Source: Neodothiora populina
Taxonomy: Eukaryota
DNA: 64,000 bases
Assembly: GCF_041146345.1 (NCBI RefSeq)
Contig: NW_027191413.1
Coordinates: 2,790,001-2,854,000 of the forward strand
Direction of reading: 5' to 3'
Shown: positions 34,142 to 47,677 of the stretch, in pieces
How the letters are laid out: each line of letters begins with the position of its first letter
Numbering within the stretch: position 1 is the stretch's first letter
Notes under the pieces: model-generated
What the model saw: the letters and a program-made list of their open reading frames with translations, nothing else
Databases searched by the model: none
Told to the model about the DNA's origin: nothing
Translations under genes and position numbers: made by a program

Positions 34142-34756
34142 TGAGTTTTGTCACAGGAATTTCCAGGTCGCCCATGTTGACACTGTACATATCCCCAAGG
34201 TTACCTTATTGTTAAAGAAGAAAGCAAGTGGAGGCAATAGTAAAGGACACTGGAGCGGTGCATGACCAAAGGTTACACAATCGACCCCTTAGAGGCAATC
34301 TTGAATATTGGTGTTCCCGTGTATCGAGTATCTTTGTATAGAAACTCTATCAGCATCACCCGACACAAGGACCATTCAGGCCATGAGCGGCAGGGCAGAC
34401 TTCCTGGATTTCAAGATGTTATGGTCCATCCTGGTTGAGGTGACCATTCATATGCCATGACATCATTGGCGAGGGTCTGCTATGACCCCCACACAAGCCG
34501 TATCTGACGGAGCGCCTTCCTTGATCGGCGATTGGCGTCAAATCATAGAGCATACAGTACCTCTCCGCTACTGACTACGAACGTTGGCTGCGCATCCACT
34601 GGCTCGTCAACGCGATATCTAGGAGTCTTGCCCCAGATCCTCCCGTGAGATACGGATACGGACAAGCTGTGCTGCCTCCGTGCTGTGAATTCATGTCACA
34701 AGCATTGGCTGGGTGTAGCTGCATATCACCTGTGGCGCGTCCATCACTCAGCGGAG

Positions 34757-35503
34757 ATGGCAGGCAAACGCATCCACGACTATTTCGAGCCAGCGACGAA
34801 GAGACAGAAAACGACATCTAGTCCGGAAGATACCAGAGACCAACCAGTGGCATTAGCTGTGCCTCGGATCCCTGGTCTTTCTGTGGTGCAGTCGTTCATT
34901 ACACGGTCGGAGGAATCGGCTTTGTTGGCGTATCTGGACAATCAGCACTGGCGGACCGATCTCTCACGCCGTACTATGCATTATGGCGGTCAATACTGCC
35001 TCATGCCTCCTCGCTCTGCCACCCCTTCCGAGCGGAAGGCAATTGAGCAAAACATAATCATGGCGCCTCCTTTTCCTGTTGAACTTGGTCCAATAGTAGA
35101 AAGAATGGTCGCGCATGGATTGTTCACTGAAACGACAAAACCAGAGTATATGATCGTCAACGAGTATTTACCTGGACAAGGCATCTCCGCTCATGTCGAG
35201 AACTTTCGTTTTGGAGAGCCAGTATGTTCACTTACCTTGGCGGGAGACGATACTATGCGGTTCCATGAACTCGAGAGCGCCAACGATGGCAGTGTGAGGT
35301 CTGGCAAAGCATCTGTAGCACCAAGAACGGGAGTTCGTACTGATGTGCTCCTCCGTCGAAGAAGTCTTATCATACTCGAGCGAGATGCTCGGAGTAAGTG
35401 GCAGCACGAGATAACTCGAGGTCGCAAATCTGGAAAACCACCGGGTTGGAGGAGAGTTAGTCTGACCTTTAGGACCGAGAAGAAAAAGAATCGCGACTTC
35501 TAG
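34757..35503 (+). CDS. AlkB-family 2OG-Fe(II) dioxygenase
   Basis: PGLSVVQSFITRSEE, LSRRTMHYG, IVNEYLPGQGISAHVE, KWQHEI and RRVSLTFR. First ATG is 34757. Confidence 0.88.
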   Translation: MAGKRIHDYFEPATKRQKTTSSPEDTRDQPVALAVPRIPGLSVVQSFITRSEESALLAYLDNQHWRTDLSRRTMHYGGQYCLMPPRSATPSERKAIEQNIIMAPPFPVELGPIVERMVAHGLFTETTKPEYMIVNEYLPGQGISAHVENFRFGEPVCSLTLAGDDTMRFHELESANDGSVRSGKASVAPRTGVRTDVLLRRRSLIILERDARSKWQHEITRGRKSGKPPGWRRVSLTFRTEKKKNRDF

Positions 35504-37164
35504 AGCTCAGTGTGACACAGATGATCGCTTCGGTAGTTGAAGTTCAGGCAAATCACAACGAGCCACACTGAGATCAAAGCGGTCCCCATATGGTACATCA
35601 GCATTGCGATCCTGTCGCATAGATCGGATGAACATAGGCTATCGGTTTTCGACATGGTCATGGAAATGCGTCCTGTTAAGAATTATACACCGCAATTGCC
35701 GTAGCACGGTCAAGGCGCCACAACGCGAAAAAGAGTAACGTCCGGGTGTAAAATCGTTGTTGGATGGCAATTTTCAGTCCGCATAGGCGACAGAGATCTT
35801 ATGTCGATGCATCCATCGTATATACATGAAGAAGAAAACCATTTGATCGTATTTTGTATACACGCTCATATCGGATGGCGGATTCAAGTTTTCGAGGGCA
35901 AAGTAAAAAGACCGAGCCCAAGAAAGCAGCTGTGCAGCCAGACCGTTGTGATTCTCATCGATCTCATCTGAGATTTGGGGTTGGTGATTTTACCGTATAT
36001 TTCTCCATCAGAGCCGCCTACGTAAGTTTTCGCTGCCCTACGCATGTCGTAGCTATTTTGGCAGATCTAGGCATGGAGAGATTAACAAGCTCGAGTTGAT
36101 ACATGGCTCAGGCTGAGTGAATTTTGTGATTAGAGATGGACCATTTTCGCAACTTATCGACGCCCGACAGTACTGATCATCTCGCAGACCGAGGGTGTCA
36201 AGTTGCTGGGCTGAGCAGAGTTACCTGCGCCCTGGTGATCCAATGTATTTTTCCGTAATCACCACCTGACTCCGTCAAAGTGAGGGGATACTTGCTATGA
36301 TGTAGCAAGTGCAATGGAATTGAAGAGGGAGGGTGTCAAGAGGCCGCCTGTTGCCATAGTTGCGGACCGCTGGTAGCGGTCAAGATATCGGTAACATCAG
36401 ATCCGAAACGATGCGACGAGATCCTCACCGGCACGAGCAGCACGCTATGGTAAAGAAATGAAATGCAGCGACGGAGCGGTGGTCCAACCTTCTAATGCAA
36501 ACAACAGATTTCGTCATTCGTCGACGGCGAGTCGTGATAAGAGGAGCAACGTTTGATTGCGGCGTCTGAGCGTAGTAATTTGTGCTAAATGCGGCTTGCT
36601 GAAGCCGGCAGCTTCGCCTTATAAGGCTTCTCGTTGCTATGAAGCACACATTGCTGTCGACGACCGTGCTGACGAGTGGTTGTGCGGTGGAAGCAATCGA
36701 AAGTGCCTCTACTTGCGAATCAAAGACAAGATGCCCAAGCAGCAGCAGTGCACTGTGATGATATAGAGTGTGATCAGCGCAGGAATATATTGCAACGCAC
36801 TACAAGTTTGTACAAGCTCGACACGAGAAAGTCGTTGTGTTGCGCCAAGGGCAGGCAGAGCGTCAGGTGCACGGGAAAAAGCCGCCATAGCAACCAGGGA
36901 AATGTGGTAAACACCCGAGCGAGCGAACGAACGTCCCCCAGACATGGTAATTGAATTTCTGGCTAGTCTATAATTCAGCGCATAGTCTACTAGAGGCCGT
37001 GCAGCGTTCGATAACCATTCTACGAGCATGTAACTGCTATTCTTAAAAGACTGCTGCAAGCCGCCTTAACCTTCAGGCGCGCTCTCATTCTTTTGCCTGT
37101 CCTTACCTTCTTGCGTTGACCGCGGAGCCCAGGCACCTTTATATTTCGAGAGTCTGCACAGAAG

Positions 37165-39534
37165 ATGTATTCAGCTTCTGGAGAGGCCGCTATGGCCGAC
37201 GACTATGAGATGCTAGAGGAGCTTGGAAGTGAGTTTTCGGTCTGCTGTGTGTACTCGAGGGATGGCGATGGCTGACCTAGACATTGTAGGCGGAAGCTTC
37301 GGTGTTGTCTACAAAGCTATTGACAAAACCACAGGCGATCTTGTCGCCATCAAACATGTACGTGGAGACCCAATCTGCGGCCGACTAATCCATGTCATCT
37401 TGTGTTACTGACGTCTTCCCTGAAGATTGATCTCGAGGGTAGTGACGATGATATTCGAGAAATTCAGCAAGAGATCTCGTTGCTCAGTACATGCTCGAGC
37501 AACCACGTCACCAGATACAAGGCTAGTTTCGTGCGAGGTGTCAAGCTATGGATTGTCATGGAATATCTGGGCGGAGGCTCTTGTCTGGACTTGGTAAGTG
37601 ATGTGCTCGGAACCGGCTCCTTCCATTTATGTCCAACTAACACACTGCACCAGCTCAAATCAGGCTCCTTTTCCGAAGCACAGATTGCCGTCATCATGCG
37701 CGAGCTTCTCCAAGGCCTCGACTACCTACACAGTACTGGCAAGATCCACCGAGACATCAAAGCGGCCAATGTTCTATTGTCATCAGACGGCCTCGTCAAG
37801 ATTGCCGACTTTGGCGTTGCCGCACAGCTTACCAACATCAAATCGCAACGTCTGACATTTGTCGGCACTCCATTCTGGATGGCTCCCGAGGTCATCCAAG
37901 AGGCAGGTTACGACTTCAAGGCTGACATCTGGAGTCTTGGTATCACAGCAATGGAACTAGCCAATGGCGAACCCCCTCACAGTCAAGTGCACCCAATGAA
38001 GGTCTTGTTCTTGATCCCGAAAGAAAAACCCCCACGATTGGAGGGAGCAAAATGGAGCAGAGACTTCAAGGATTTTGTGGCTGCTTGTCTGAACAAGGAT
38101 GCCGAGGCCCGACCAACAGCCAAATCACTTCTCAAGCATCGTTTCATCCAGCGCGCGGGCAAAGTAGATACTTTGAGATCACTTGTGGAACGATCACGCA
38201 GCGGACGGTCAAGCGACAAAGCTGATCGTCTGAGATACTACGAGGAGACTTTGCACGCCATGAGCCATTCCGCCGAAGACGACGACTGGATCTTCGACAC
38301 GGTCAAGCAGGCCACGTACCGCCCGCAGCAGCTCCCGATACCGAAACACACTGTCAAGAGACGAAAGCTATCCCGAATCATATCAGACGAAGAGGCTGCA
38401 GACGCCGCGGCCATGCTGGAGAGTCTCGACATCAACGCGGCGCCTCTATCGTCCTCCACCCCAACCTACTCTTCCGACTACTCCAGCACGATTCGCACCC
38501 CGAAGCCACAGCCACGGCCAGCATCTCCATCAGAGAACAGGAAATCGTCCGCAAACACGGCGCGAAGGATATCGGGATCGAATGCGACAGCAAGGAGAAC
38601 AAATAGAGAATCATCCGGGACAGCTCGCCGAATTTCAGGACAGGCCAAGCAGCCCTTGGGTCTCGACATGTCATTTGGTAATGGCACGAGTGTCGTGCGC
38701 CCTTTCCGCCGAGTCTCTTCAGGCGGAAATTACCACCAAGCTCAAAGACCACACACAGCGGATGCGGCACTTTTGATAGCAGAAGATGCGTACGAGGACA
38801 ACTCATCAGACCTTGAGAATGAAAAGCCTGGAGTCGTCGCTGTGCCCGTTCAAGCGACCAAGGAGACGGTCCTAGGACGCAGGGCATATGCAAAATGTAT
38901 CGACCCCGCGCTGCAAGAGGCGTATGCATCGACTGCACCTGGATCAAAGCAGACTGTCTTGGCACGATTCGCGGAAGCCTGGGATGCGCTCGACGCAGTG
39001 GACCCCGAGGGAGAGCTTCTCTTCCTCAAGTCACTGTTTGAGCGGATACAGGCAGATCCCAAGCTCGCTTCACAGGTGATGCCCACGAAGGCTGCAACCT
39101 CGCAACTCACTGCACAACTCACTTCGCAGCGTATGAACGGATTTTCAGTCAAGTCAGGACAGCAGCTACAGAGTCACCGACTGTCGATGCATGCAACGTC
39201 GGCTCTAGGTGACATGGATACATTGGCAACACCTCCACTTTCACCTTTGAAGCAGCAAGTGACAGGCAGACTGACGCCCAAACTTGTCATCTCTCCGCAC
39301 AATCCTCATCTCAAGGAACACCACAGTCGTCGACAATCGATCGCACCGAACATGGCGCTGGAGAAAGAGTACGACGTAGCGGAGAAGAAGAGACCAAGCA
39401 GCAGCCGATCTGTAATTGCTGAGGAGAAGTTACCTGGAAATGTGGTACCTGGGCTCGAGCATGTAGGCATGTTGGCCGATGCTCTGTACGGGAGGTGGAG
39501 CGAGGGCCTGAAAATGAGATGGCCGCTGGCCTGA
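37165..39534 (+). CDS. sid1: STE20/germinal-centre kinase of the septation initiation network (Sid1/SepL/Don3 type)
   Basis: Exons 37165(or 37192)-37228, 37290-37357, 37426-37593, 37654-39534. GSGSFG, HRDIKAAN, DFG, TFVGTPFWMAPE; the C-terminal LADALYGRWSEGLKMRWP resembles the Sid1/Don3 terminal motif (orthology from memory). Confidence 0.85.
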
Positions 39535-41261
39535 TCGTAGCCCACAGATGTGGAGTGGATCAGGAGGTGGGGAAGAAGAGTGGAGACGAGGGGGTTTGGA
39601 GACGGAGAAGAAGGTCCCTACACTACATTTGAAGGTGGTGAGGGACAGGGTTCAAGCAATCTCGTGATTGGTTGTGACGACAAATCTTTCTATTCTTGTC
39701 AGTACTAACAATTTGGGGAGTGAGTTTTCGGGTCGGCTGTATTTCATCGTTGCAGCTGGGCTGCTGGGCTGGGCATTTTGTTTGCTGTTATCTGTTGAGA
39801 TTCGATTGAGCGAGCGTGAGCGTAGCATTTGCATCTAGCATTGGGCGCTTCTGGTACATCAGGGGCAACGAGGGACGACGACGCAGCGAAAGGGAGTTTT
39901 TGTTCTCTGTTTTCGAGTCTTGTGGATCTTTACGGAGCATTGCAGATAGGAAACAACAAATTGATCACATTGAGCTGTATGTCTATCTTCGAGGTCATTT
40001 CTGTATTCTTCATACGTAGTCATGTGTTAGAGCTTTCTGAGGTAAGCTATAAGAATCTGGCAGCTTCGCACAAGTCAGCGCACAGACGTGAGTATAAGCA
40101 TGCAAACACCTCTCCTTCGTACATGTTCCTTTTGCATCCGATCCCCGGTGGAAGTAGGTACCTTAGGTACTGTTGTGCCTCTAGCAGAAGCATACCCAGG
40201 GATGACATCTACGATCAAGAACCCTAGCGTGTTGTCAAACCAGAAGAATTGTTCAGCTGTGACCAGGAGATGATGCATAACCGTTTCGTAGCTCATCAAC
40301 GGGGTGGGGTAGTCACTGTAAAGAAGGTTCAAAACACATGATGCAGACGTTTTACACATTTGGTGTTTTTGACTTGAGGTGGGCTTGACATGGCCACAGT
40401 TCGTCGTCCTGGTCAGCTTATGGTGATGACTGTACCGGTGGTCATACTGCACGGCAGAAGGCAGAGGAAGTCATGATATGGTCAGACAAGTCTAGAGGGT
40501 TTGCACACGACAGAGCCAGGTCCAGGTCCAAGCGCGAGGAGCGAGCGATTGAACGAAGACTGTAGAGCAAGACAAAAGGGTTCCGTTCGGGACGTGGATT
40601 GTTCCCCCCGTGGTTTGATTGTATTGCCAGTGCATTCGGCGGCCGGTCATAGAGTGATACAGTAGTCAAGAAGAGAGAGAGACGGAGAGGGCACAGAGAG
40701 GATAGAGAGGCCAAGGCCGTTCAGGGCTGGCGCTGAAATCAATTATCCTCTTGCTCGAGTTTGATGTAGATGATACTCTGTGTTCCATACAGTCCGCGCG
40801 TCCGACTATTCCTATTCGCTACGATTTCACTTTCAGGACAACTAAGGCAAAGTGAAGAGGCCATTGTACGCATTATTCATATGTTGCATATGATTTGTCC
40901 CAAGCATCAAGGCTTAGCTCAAGCGATACGGAGGTCTTCCTTGTCTTTCTCTCTCGAGTCTCTTGTCTCTTGTCTCTCTTCCTGTTCCTGTCCCTGAAAC
41001 TCCACAAAAACGCCCTGCAGGAATCCTATAAACCTTGACGAACACAGAGTTTCTGGGGATGATTATGTCTTTGTTGATGCAATAGTTGTAAACGTTGTTT
41101 TTCGTCTCCGACTGGACAGCTACTCCTCCAGCTCTTATCTTATCTCTATTGTCACTCTAGCACTCTCCCACCCGGCAGTTGAGGACTTGTTTCTCCAAAC
41201 ATACCGTACCTTAGTCACGCGCCCTCCCCAGTGAATCGTCACCGTCACTGGAAGACCCTTG

Positions 41262-43192
41262 ATGGATCAGGTACAACAACATTACCTCGACCATCACCAA
41301 CGCACCACCTCTTCGACAATAACGCCACCAGAGACAACACAATTCCTGACCAAACGACAAAAGAGTCATGACATGTCGACGACTCCTCCGATCCAAAGTG
41401 CGATAGGCGGCGGAGGAGGAGGAGGGGGAGGCCACGGCAGACACGACAGCACTCAGACTCCCCGAACATCAGCATTCACCCGCGTCTCTGCGGATCTCGG
41501 TCATGCACGCTCAATGTCCGGAGCAGACGCTGCTCGCAAAACGAAACGATTCAGCTTGACCTTTCCGATCAATACCACCGCATTGGATGGGTCAGCCACA
41601 CCCTCACCGACTCGTCCCTCGACGACCACGACGACGACAACGGCGCCCTTCGGTCTTGCGGAAAGTTTCGCTTCACCCACCGCCGGACCCACAGACTCGA
41701 CTTTCCTGACTGCAGTTGCTGCTCAGGAGAGACGAGTGCTCGAGCTGAAGGAAGAACTACACAAGGCCGAGGGGGAGCTCAAGAGACTGAAACAGGAATG
41801 GGCACTGCATGAAGCAGCGCGCAAGAGACACGACGTCAGGCGGGTGCAGAGACTTGAGAATATGAACTCTCCTCCGTCGACTTCGGCCTCGTCGCATAAT
41901 GTCAACCTGGAGGATGACGTCGATGGGTCGTCTGCCTGGATGCAGCAAGAGATGGAAAGGCGAAAGGCGCTGCTGAACGGCACAAAGACATCCAATCGCA
42001 CCGTCTTTTCTGGCTCTCGCCATGCAAGAACGCTGTCCCTGCTGTCTCCCACAGTGCAGCCTGCAAAGGCTGCCCTGCAACGTGACATGGACGTTCGCAC
42101 CAGGTCTCGATCACCCACTGCGCCGGAGCGACCGAGTCGACCGGTGCGTTTGGGAACAGATGAGCTGCTCACCAACGAAGTCGCCGACAATGCCGATGTG
42201 AACATTGATCTCGGTCTGCCGAGGGACGTCCTAATGAAGACTGGCAAACAGATGGCCACCGACTTCCGCGACGGACTGTGGACATTCATCGAAGACCTCA
42301 GACAAGCCACGGTGGGTGACGAGGGCGTCAATGGCACTTCGACCAGAACTCAATCCCAGCAAAGTCCTGTTCTGGGCCAGAAGAGTCTGAGACCGCAGCC
42401 CAGTCGGGGAAGCCTCAGACCACCCACAAGACCACCGCCCGCTCTCAAGAGACATTCCACCACAAGCAGTAAACGCACCGTCACCCCTTCCCCGCCCGCA
42501 CGATCGAACAGTGACAGCAGGGATGTATCTGCTCTGATCGATCTCGGGACTTCTTTCTGGAGAGAGAACGGCGTGGACGAAGCAAGAGTAGAAGAGCGTC
42601 CGGTGAACAAGAAACTGGGCAAGAAAAAGTCCCAGGTTCTTCCCAAGCCATTGTTAGCCCAGGACGACGGATTCGAAAACTGGGACAATTGGGATACCCC
42701 TGAAGATGGTAGCGGCCAGAGCGCAGAGAAGTCCAACAGCAGCGACACATCGTTCTCGACGTCCGACAACCATGTCGGTGCGGGCTCTCGCGTCACCAGC
42801 CGCAATACCAGCGTCAGGTAAGTGGGAGCGTGTACCACCCCACCCCTTGTCTTGACAAAGTAAAGAAGAAAAGACTGCTTCCCTGCTTTCGATGAACAAA
42901 ACCACTGACGTGTCATCGGGTGACTAGCTCAGCCTATGACGGCAGCAACGGCGTCAACCCTCAGCAGAGCGACCGCGGCAGCAGTACGAAACGCGAGTCC
43001 ATCCCCTGGCCGACACTGACGAAGCTGGCGCCCAGCAGTCTCAGACGCACCGCTTCCAATCTGATGGCTGATTGGGAGGCGAGTGTCGCCAATTCGCCTG
43101 TGGACGAGGGTGCTCAGCAGATTGATTACATGGCTGGGGAGGCTGCTTCGCCGACTGGGTCATTCGTATCCAAGGACCACAAAGCCGGTTGA
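41262..43192 (+). CDS. Conserved fungal coiled-coil protein, DUF4048-like
   Basis: Exons 41262-42817 and 42928-43192. Coiled coil FLTAVAAQERRVLELKEEL; blocks RTVFSGSRHARTLSLLSP and KTGKQMATDFRDGLWTFIEDLRQATVG; C-terminal PSSLRRTASNLMADWE. Confidence 0.8.
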
Positions 43193-44099
43193 GTTTGATC
43201 TAGATGAGCAGAGAGTGGTGGTGATGGTGCAACCTTTCTTGCTCTTTTTCGTTCTCATATCTTCACTTGTATGAACACTGTATATAGTACTATACCTGAA
43301 GGAGCGTTTTTATTTTGATCAAGAAATCGAAAGCTAGATGGCTTGATGCTGCGGCTTATTATTACCTCTTCCTGTCTTGTTCGCTGGTTCTCTCTTGCAC
43401 ACATCATTGCGTACTGTACATACCACCGTATCTTGTTTGACAATACCTGACAGGCAAATAACGTCTACTCAAGTCAGCGTCGGTCGCAGACGGGGCGCAG
43501 GTAGCGGGCAGCGGCGGCGGGCGAAAAGACTCCCGATTGACTGTCGGACTTTTCTGCCACTTAGTGCTGCGACTACTCCGCAATAATTATATCGATCATA
43601 ATACTGCTGTCCGTACCTGCCTGTCTAGTTTGATCTACTCTATTTTTGCTGTACCGTACTGTATTGCCACTTATACGCCCGGAAAGGAATCACGGAATCG
43701 AGAAATACGGCATTTTGGTCCTCTGGACTTTTGAATTTGGACGCTTAGATATCATACGACTCTGAACGGACGGACTAGGGACCTTTGTCTTTCGCAGCGC
43801 AACCGCATCAAGGCCAACGACTACAGAATTCGCTTTGTTTGTTCAAGTCGACTCTCTCATCACCCGTCGCATTCTACGGACGGCTTGTTTCCGGCATCTG
43901 CGACAGCGCTTTCTCTCTCCTTCCATCTTGGAACAATCTCAAAACCACGGAGTCAAAGAACGCCTCGATTGCGATTAATCATCTGGTTTTCTGCAAATCT
44001 CTGCTGCTGAAAGACGAAAGTGCGGAGATAACAGGGCTGTAGAAAGAGCTGCAGAGTCAGAACTTGAAGGGTAGTGACAGAAGACAAAAGAACGAAAAA

Positions 44100-44110
44100 A
44101 TGTCGTTTCC

Positions 44111-44141
<31 letters not shown>

Positions 44142-44920
44142 GGTGGAGGAGCGTCACAGCAGGCGAACATGTCCGATGAACAACTCAAGGAGCAGCAGAT
44201 GATCAAATACGTATGTGCCTCTTCCCACGACCCGAGCAGACATTGCACAGAAGAAGTCGCGAGTCCTGACAACAAGAACAGATGCAATCGGCCATGGAGT
44301 CATGTCCGGCCAAAACCGCCATATCGGGAGTCATGGGATTCGGTCTAGGAGGAGCATTCGGTCTGTTCATGAGCAGTGTAAGTTTTCGCATCTTCCCTCC
44401 ACTCTCCAATCCTCCCTTCTTTGCTGAGACTGATGTCCCAAAAAGATGCGCTACGACACACCGATGATGGCTCAAGGCACAACGGAAATCACAAACTACC
44501 CGATCCGCGAGCAGCTGCGCCGGGGCTTCAAGGACATGGGAAAAGCCAGTTGGAGCAGCGCCAAGAACTTCGGACTCGTGGGCGCCATTTTTGCGGGGAC
44601 GGAGTGCTGTATCGAGGGCGTGAGTTCTTTTTCTTTATCCATATACCTTTCCCCCCCCCCCACATCCCATTGTACCCTCCCCCGCTTTCCTCCTCGTTGC
44701 TTGAGCAGAGAGAACAGGATACTAAGAAAACCAGCTCCGCGCCAAAAACGACCTCTACAACGGCGTCGCAGCAGGCTGTCTGACCGGCGGCGCTCTGGCA
44801 GCGAAAGCAGGTCCACAGGCCGCCGCGTTTGGCTGTGCGGGTTTCGCCGCGTTCAGTGCCGCTATCGACTGGTACATGAGGATGGATAGTGATGACCCTG
44901 GTGCGGATCCCATTGCTTGA
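44100..44920 (+). CDS. TIM22: Mitochondrial inner membrane translocase subunit Tim22
   Basis: Exons 44100-44210, 44282-44377, 44446-44619, 44735-44920. [50 protein letters not shown] and [11 protein letters not shown] (GGCATG)5 repeat encodes GMGMGM. Confidence 0.95.
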
Positions 44921-45115
44921 TCTCGTTCTTTTCGTTTCGCTTTTTATCATCCTTGTTCACGTTCGTTCTTGCCGTTCAGTTATGGAATGGACATATCTGC
45001 AGAGATGAGGACAAACGCAGTGAGGAACGAGGGTCAGGGCTGAGGGCAGGCCATGTATTTATACCTATTTCTATTTCAATTTCTTCTCTTTCATCATAAT
45101 GCTCGACCCTGCACC

Positions 45116-45140
45116 GCATAGCATGGCATAGCATAGCATG
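45116..45140. repeat. (GCATR)5 pentanucleotide repeat
   Basis: gcatagcatggcatagcatagcatg read directly. Confidence 0.75.
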
Positions 45141-45366
45141 GGCAAAAGCAGGGATTGGGTGGTGGTGGGAGATATGGGCGTATCGTTTCACTTTTCTTCA
45201 ATGCTTACTTCCTGCATCTCATCTCTGTTGTATTAACATTTCGCTATCTTTAAGTATGGAATATAAGACACTCATGCGCAGTCGCTCACATAGAGACGTC
45301 ATCTCGAGGCATTGATATAGAGCTTTTCTCGTGTCTCGGTCATTAAATGAAGAGAAAAGAGTAATC

Positions 45367-45466
45367 GACAAATAGACAGACGGACAGATAGATAGACAGA
45401 CAGACAGATAAAACAGATAGACAGACAGACAGACAGATAAAACAGATAAACAGACAGACAGACAGA
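45367..45466. repeat. Compound (AGAC/AGAT)n tetranucleotide microsatellite
   Basis: About 100 bp of gaca/gata units with internal cagataaaa interruptions. Confidence 0.9.
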
Positions 45467-45756
45467 AAAGCAACAGCAGAAACCCATCCAGGCACCAACA
45501 CAAGGACCATTCGATCAACAGCACATTCTCCTCTTACTGTGGTATCTCCAGGTGTCGACGCATAGTCCTCTCTTCTGTTCTCTTCTCTGGTACTCTCTTC
45601 TTTTTTTCTTCTCTAGAAGCCAGGTCTTGGATCTATGATACAAGCATATCCAAGATGGAACTCTTGATTCTGCTTTCAGAAGAGAAGCGCCGGGTGTCTG
45701 GTCTCTCATGCTCCTCCTGTGTTCTTAGTGGTGCTTCTGTACCCCCGTGTACCGAG

Positions 45757-45803
45757 TATGCTACGCTGTGCTATACTATGCTATGCTGTGCTTTACTGTG
45801 CTA
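45757..45803. repeat. Degenerate (TATGC/TGTGC)n pentanucleotide repeat
   Basis: tatgctacgctgtgctatactatgctatgctgtgctttactgtgcta read directly. Confidence 0.75.
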
Positions 45804-46285
45804 CTCCATGATAGGTTTCTGACGAATGAGCGACTCGTGCTTTGATCATCAAGCATGCGTACATGACTGTGACGGGACTAGGCACGTATACATAAAAGTC
45901 CCACATGAGAGTCGCGGATCAAGGTTTCCAGAAAAGGACTGAGCGTGAGAGACACGATAGACAGACGTCGTGTGAGCTGACTTTCTGTTGATGTGGAGCA
46001 CGTGACGATACTTTTCCGGACTCGCTTTTTCATCTTCTGCCTCACTTCTCAGATTATTTGCGTTTGAAGAGTATCACAGAACGAGAGAACCAGTCAGAGG
46101 AGAGAGCGATTGACAGGAGAGAGAAAGAGGTAAATTATTCTTCTGCTAATCTGGCCATCCATCCCTTTTCTTATATTTTCCTGTTTCATATCCACACCTC
46201 GACAACTTCTTCCCTTTTCATTGCTTTCCCCGTTGAATGTCTTCTTCGAACAGAAGACTTGTTGAGAGAAGAAAAAGGAAGAAAC

Positions 46286-47677
46286 TTAAGAGCTACCAGC
46301 GAGTCTGCTGTAAGGCGTAGCGCCAGGGTAGAAAGAAGTAGGGATGGTAGGAATAGGGATACTGGCAGCAGTGCCGAACGCAGTCTTGAGATCACCAGCC
46401 ATGCTAGCGGCGCTGTAACCAGTAGGAGCGCTCTTGAGGGTAGTGGTCGTGACGGCGTACTTGCCGCTTCCGCTGTTGTGCAGGCAGGCGCCGGTGCCGT
46501 AGGCGCTGCGGCATGAGTACCACTGCGAAGTTCCGGACTCGGTCCACATGGCGAAGTTGTTAAGCGTGATGTCCTCGCAAGGGGTCGAGTCGCTGCAGAT
46601 GATCTTGATGGGTCCGCGTGCGGAGCCCGAGGCCTCGGTTCCGTGCCAGTTCTTGAAGGTGATGTTGCTGAGGGCGACGCCGGAGCCGGAGACTGCCTTC
46701 ATGGATGCCCAGTATTGGTCAATGTCGAGCGAGTAGGCGTTGCCGTGGCCAATGAAGTTGTCGAAGAGGACGTTCTTGACAGAGCCAGAGCCTGGAAATC
46801 TTTGTTAGTGTGTTGTTTGAGAGTAAGACGAAGAAAAAAACGAACCTCCGTTGCTCTTGATCATCATCATCTGGTTGGAAGACCATGTGTACACGTTCTT
46901 GTACGTGACGTCAGAGATATCAGTGTCGGCACCGAGGGATCCAAGAGCACAACCACCACTCCAGTTGCAGTAGACGTTCTCAATCAGAATGTTGTGAGCG
47001 GGAGACTTGACAGTAACACACTCGTCCTTGTTGGTGACAGTAACATCGTGAATCCAGATGTTGTTGCTCCACACGTCAATACCGTCAAGACCACCCTCAT
47101 TGCCACCGCGAATGGCCATGTTGTAGACCTCACCGTTGGTGCAGGTGTCCATGGAAAAGTGGAAAGCAGGAGAATCGACAAGAATGATATCGTGGACAGA
47201 GAAGTCGGTGACTTCATAGAAGCGCAGCAGGCGGGGTCCAGAGATGGAGCCATCCTTGTGGAACTCGTATCCGTTTCCTTGCATGGCACCCTTGGAGGTC
47301 GATGAGAACAGCTCAAAGTTGGTTGTGTGCTCGATGAACAACATGTTGCCTCCAGCAGTACCGGTGCGGTAGATGGTACCGTCGAGTTGCAGAGCCCAGT
47401 TGGAACCTCCGCTGAGCGTGGCCCAGGTGCTCATAGCGTAGTCGCCGGCAGGGACAACGACAACACCTCCCGTCTTGCAGGCATTGAAGGCCTTGACAAT
47501 GGCGGCACCGACGTCGGTCTTCTTGTCTGCTACGGCACCGTAGTCCTTGACGTTACACTCCTTGACCTTGAGCTTGGCGGCAATGTTGGTGGTTGGACCG
47601 ACACGTCCAGAAAGTTGACCTACGACCAGCGTAGGCACAAGCGCTGCAAGCGCAACAATAGAAGAAGTGAAACGCAT
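46286..47677 (-). CDS. rhgA: Endo-rhamnogalacturonan hydrolase, GH28, secreted
   Basis: Exons 47677-46846 and 46791-46286. Signal peptide followed by [51 protein letters not shown] and C-terminal [11 protein letters not shown]. Confidence 0.95.

Noticed and set aside
43349..44099. ~750-nt AUG-free region and hairpin (43519-43559) upstream of TIM22 as a non-AUG extension
   Set aside because: An in-frame TAG at 44040 closes the frame, so this is at most a long leader. It also shows AUG depletion alone is not proof for the GID7 case.
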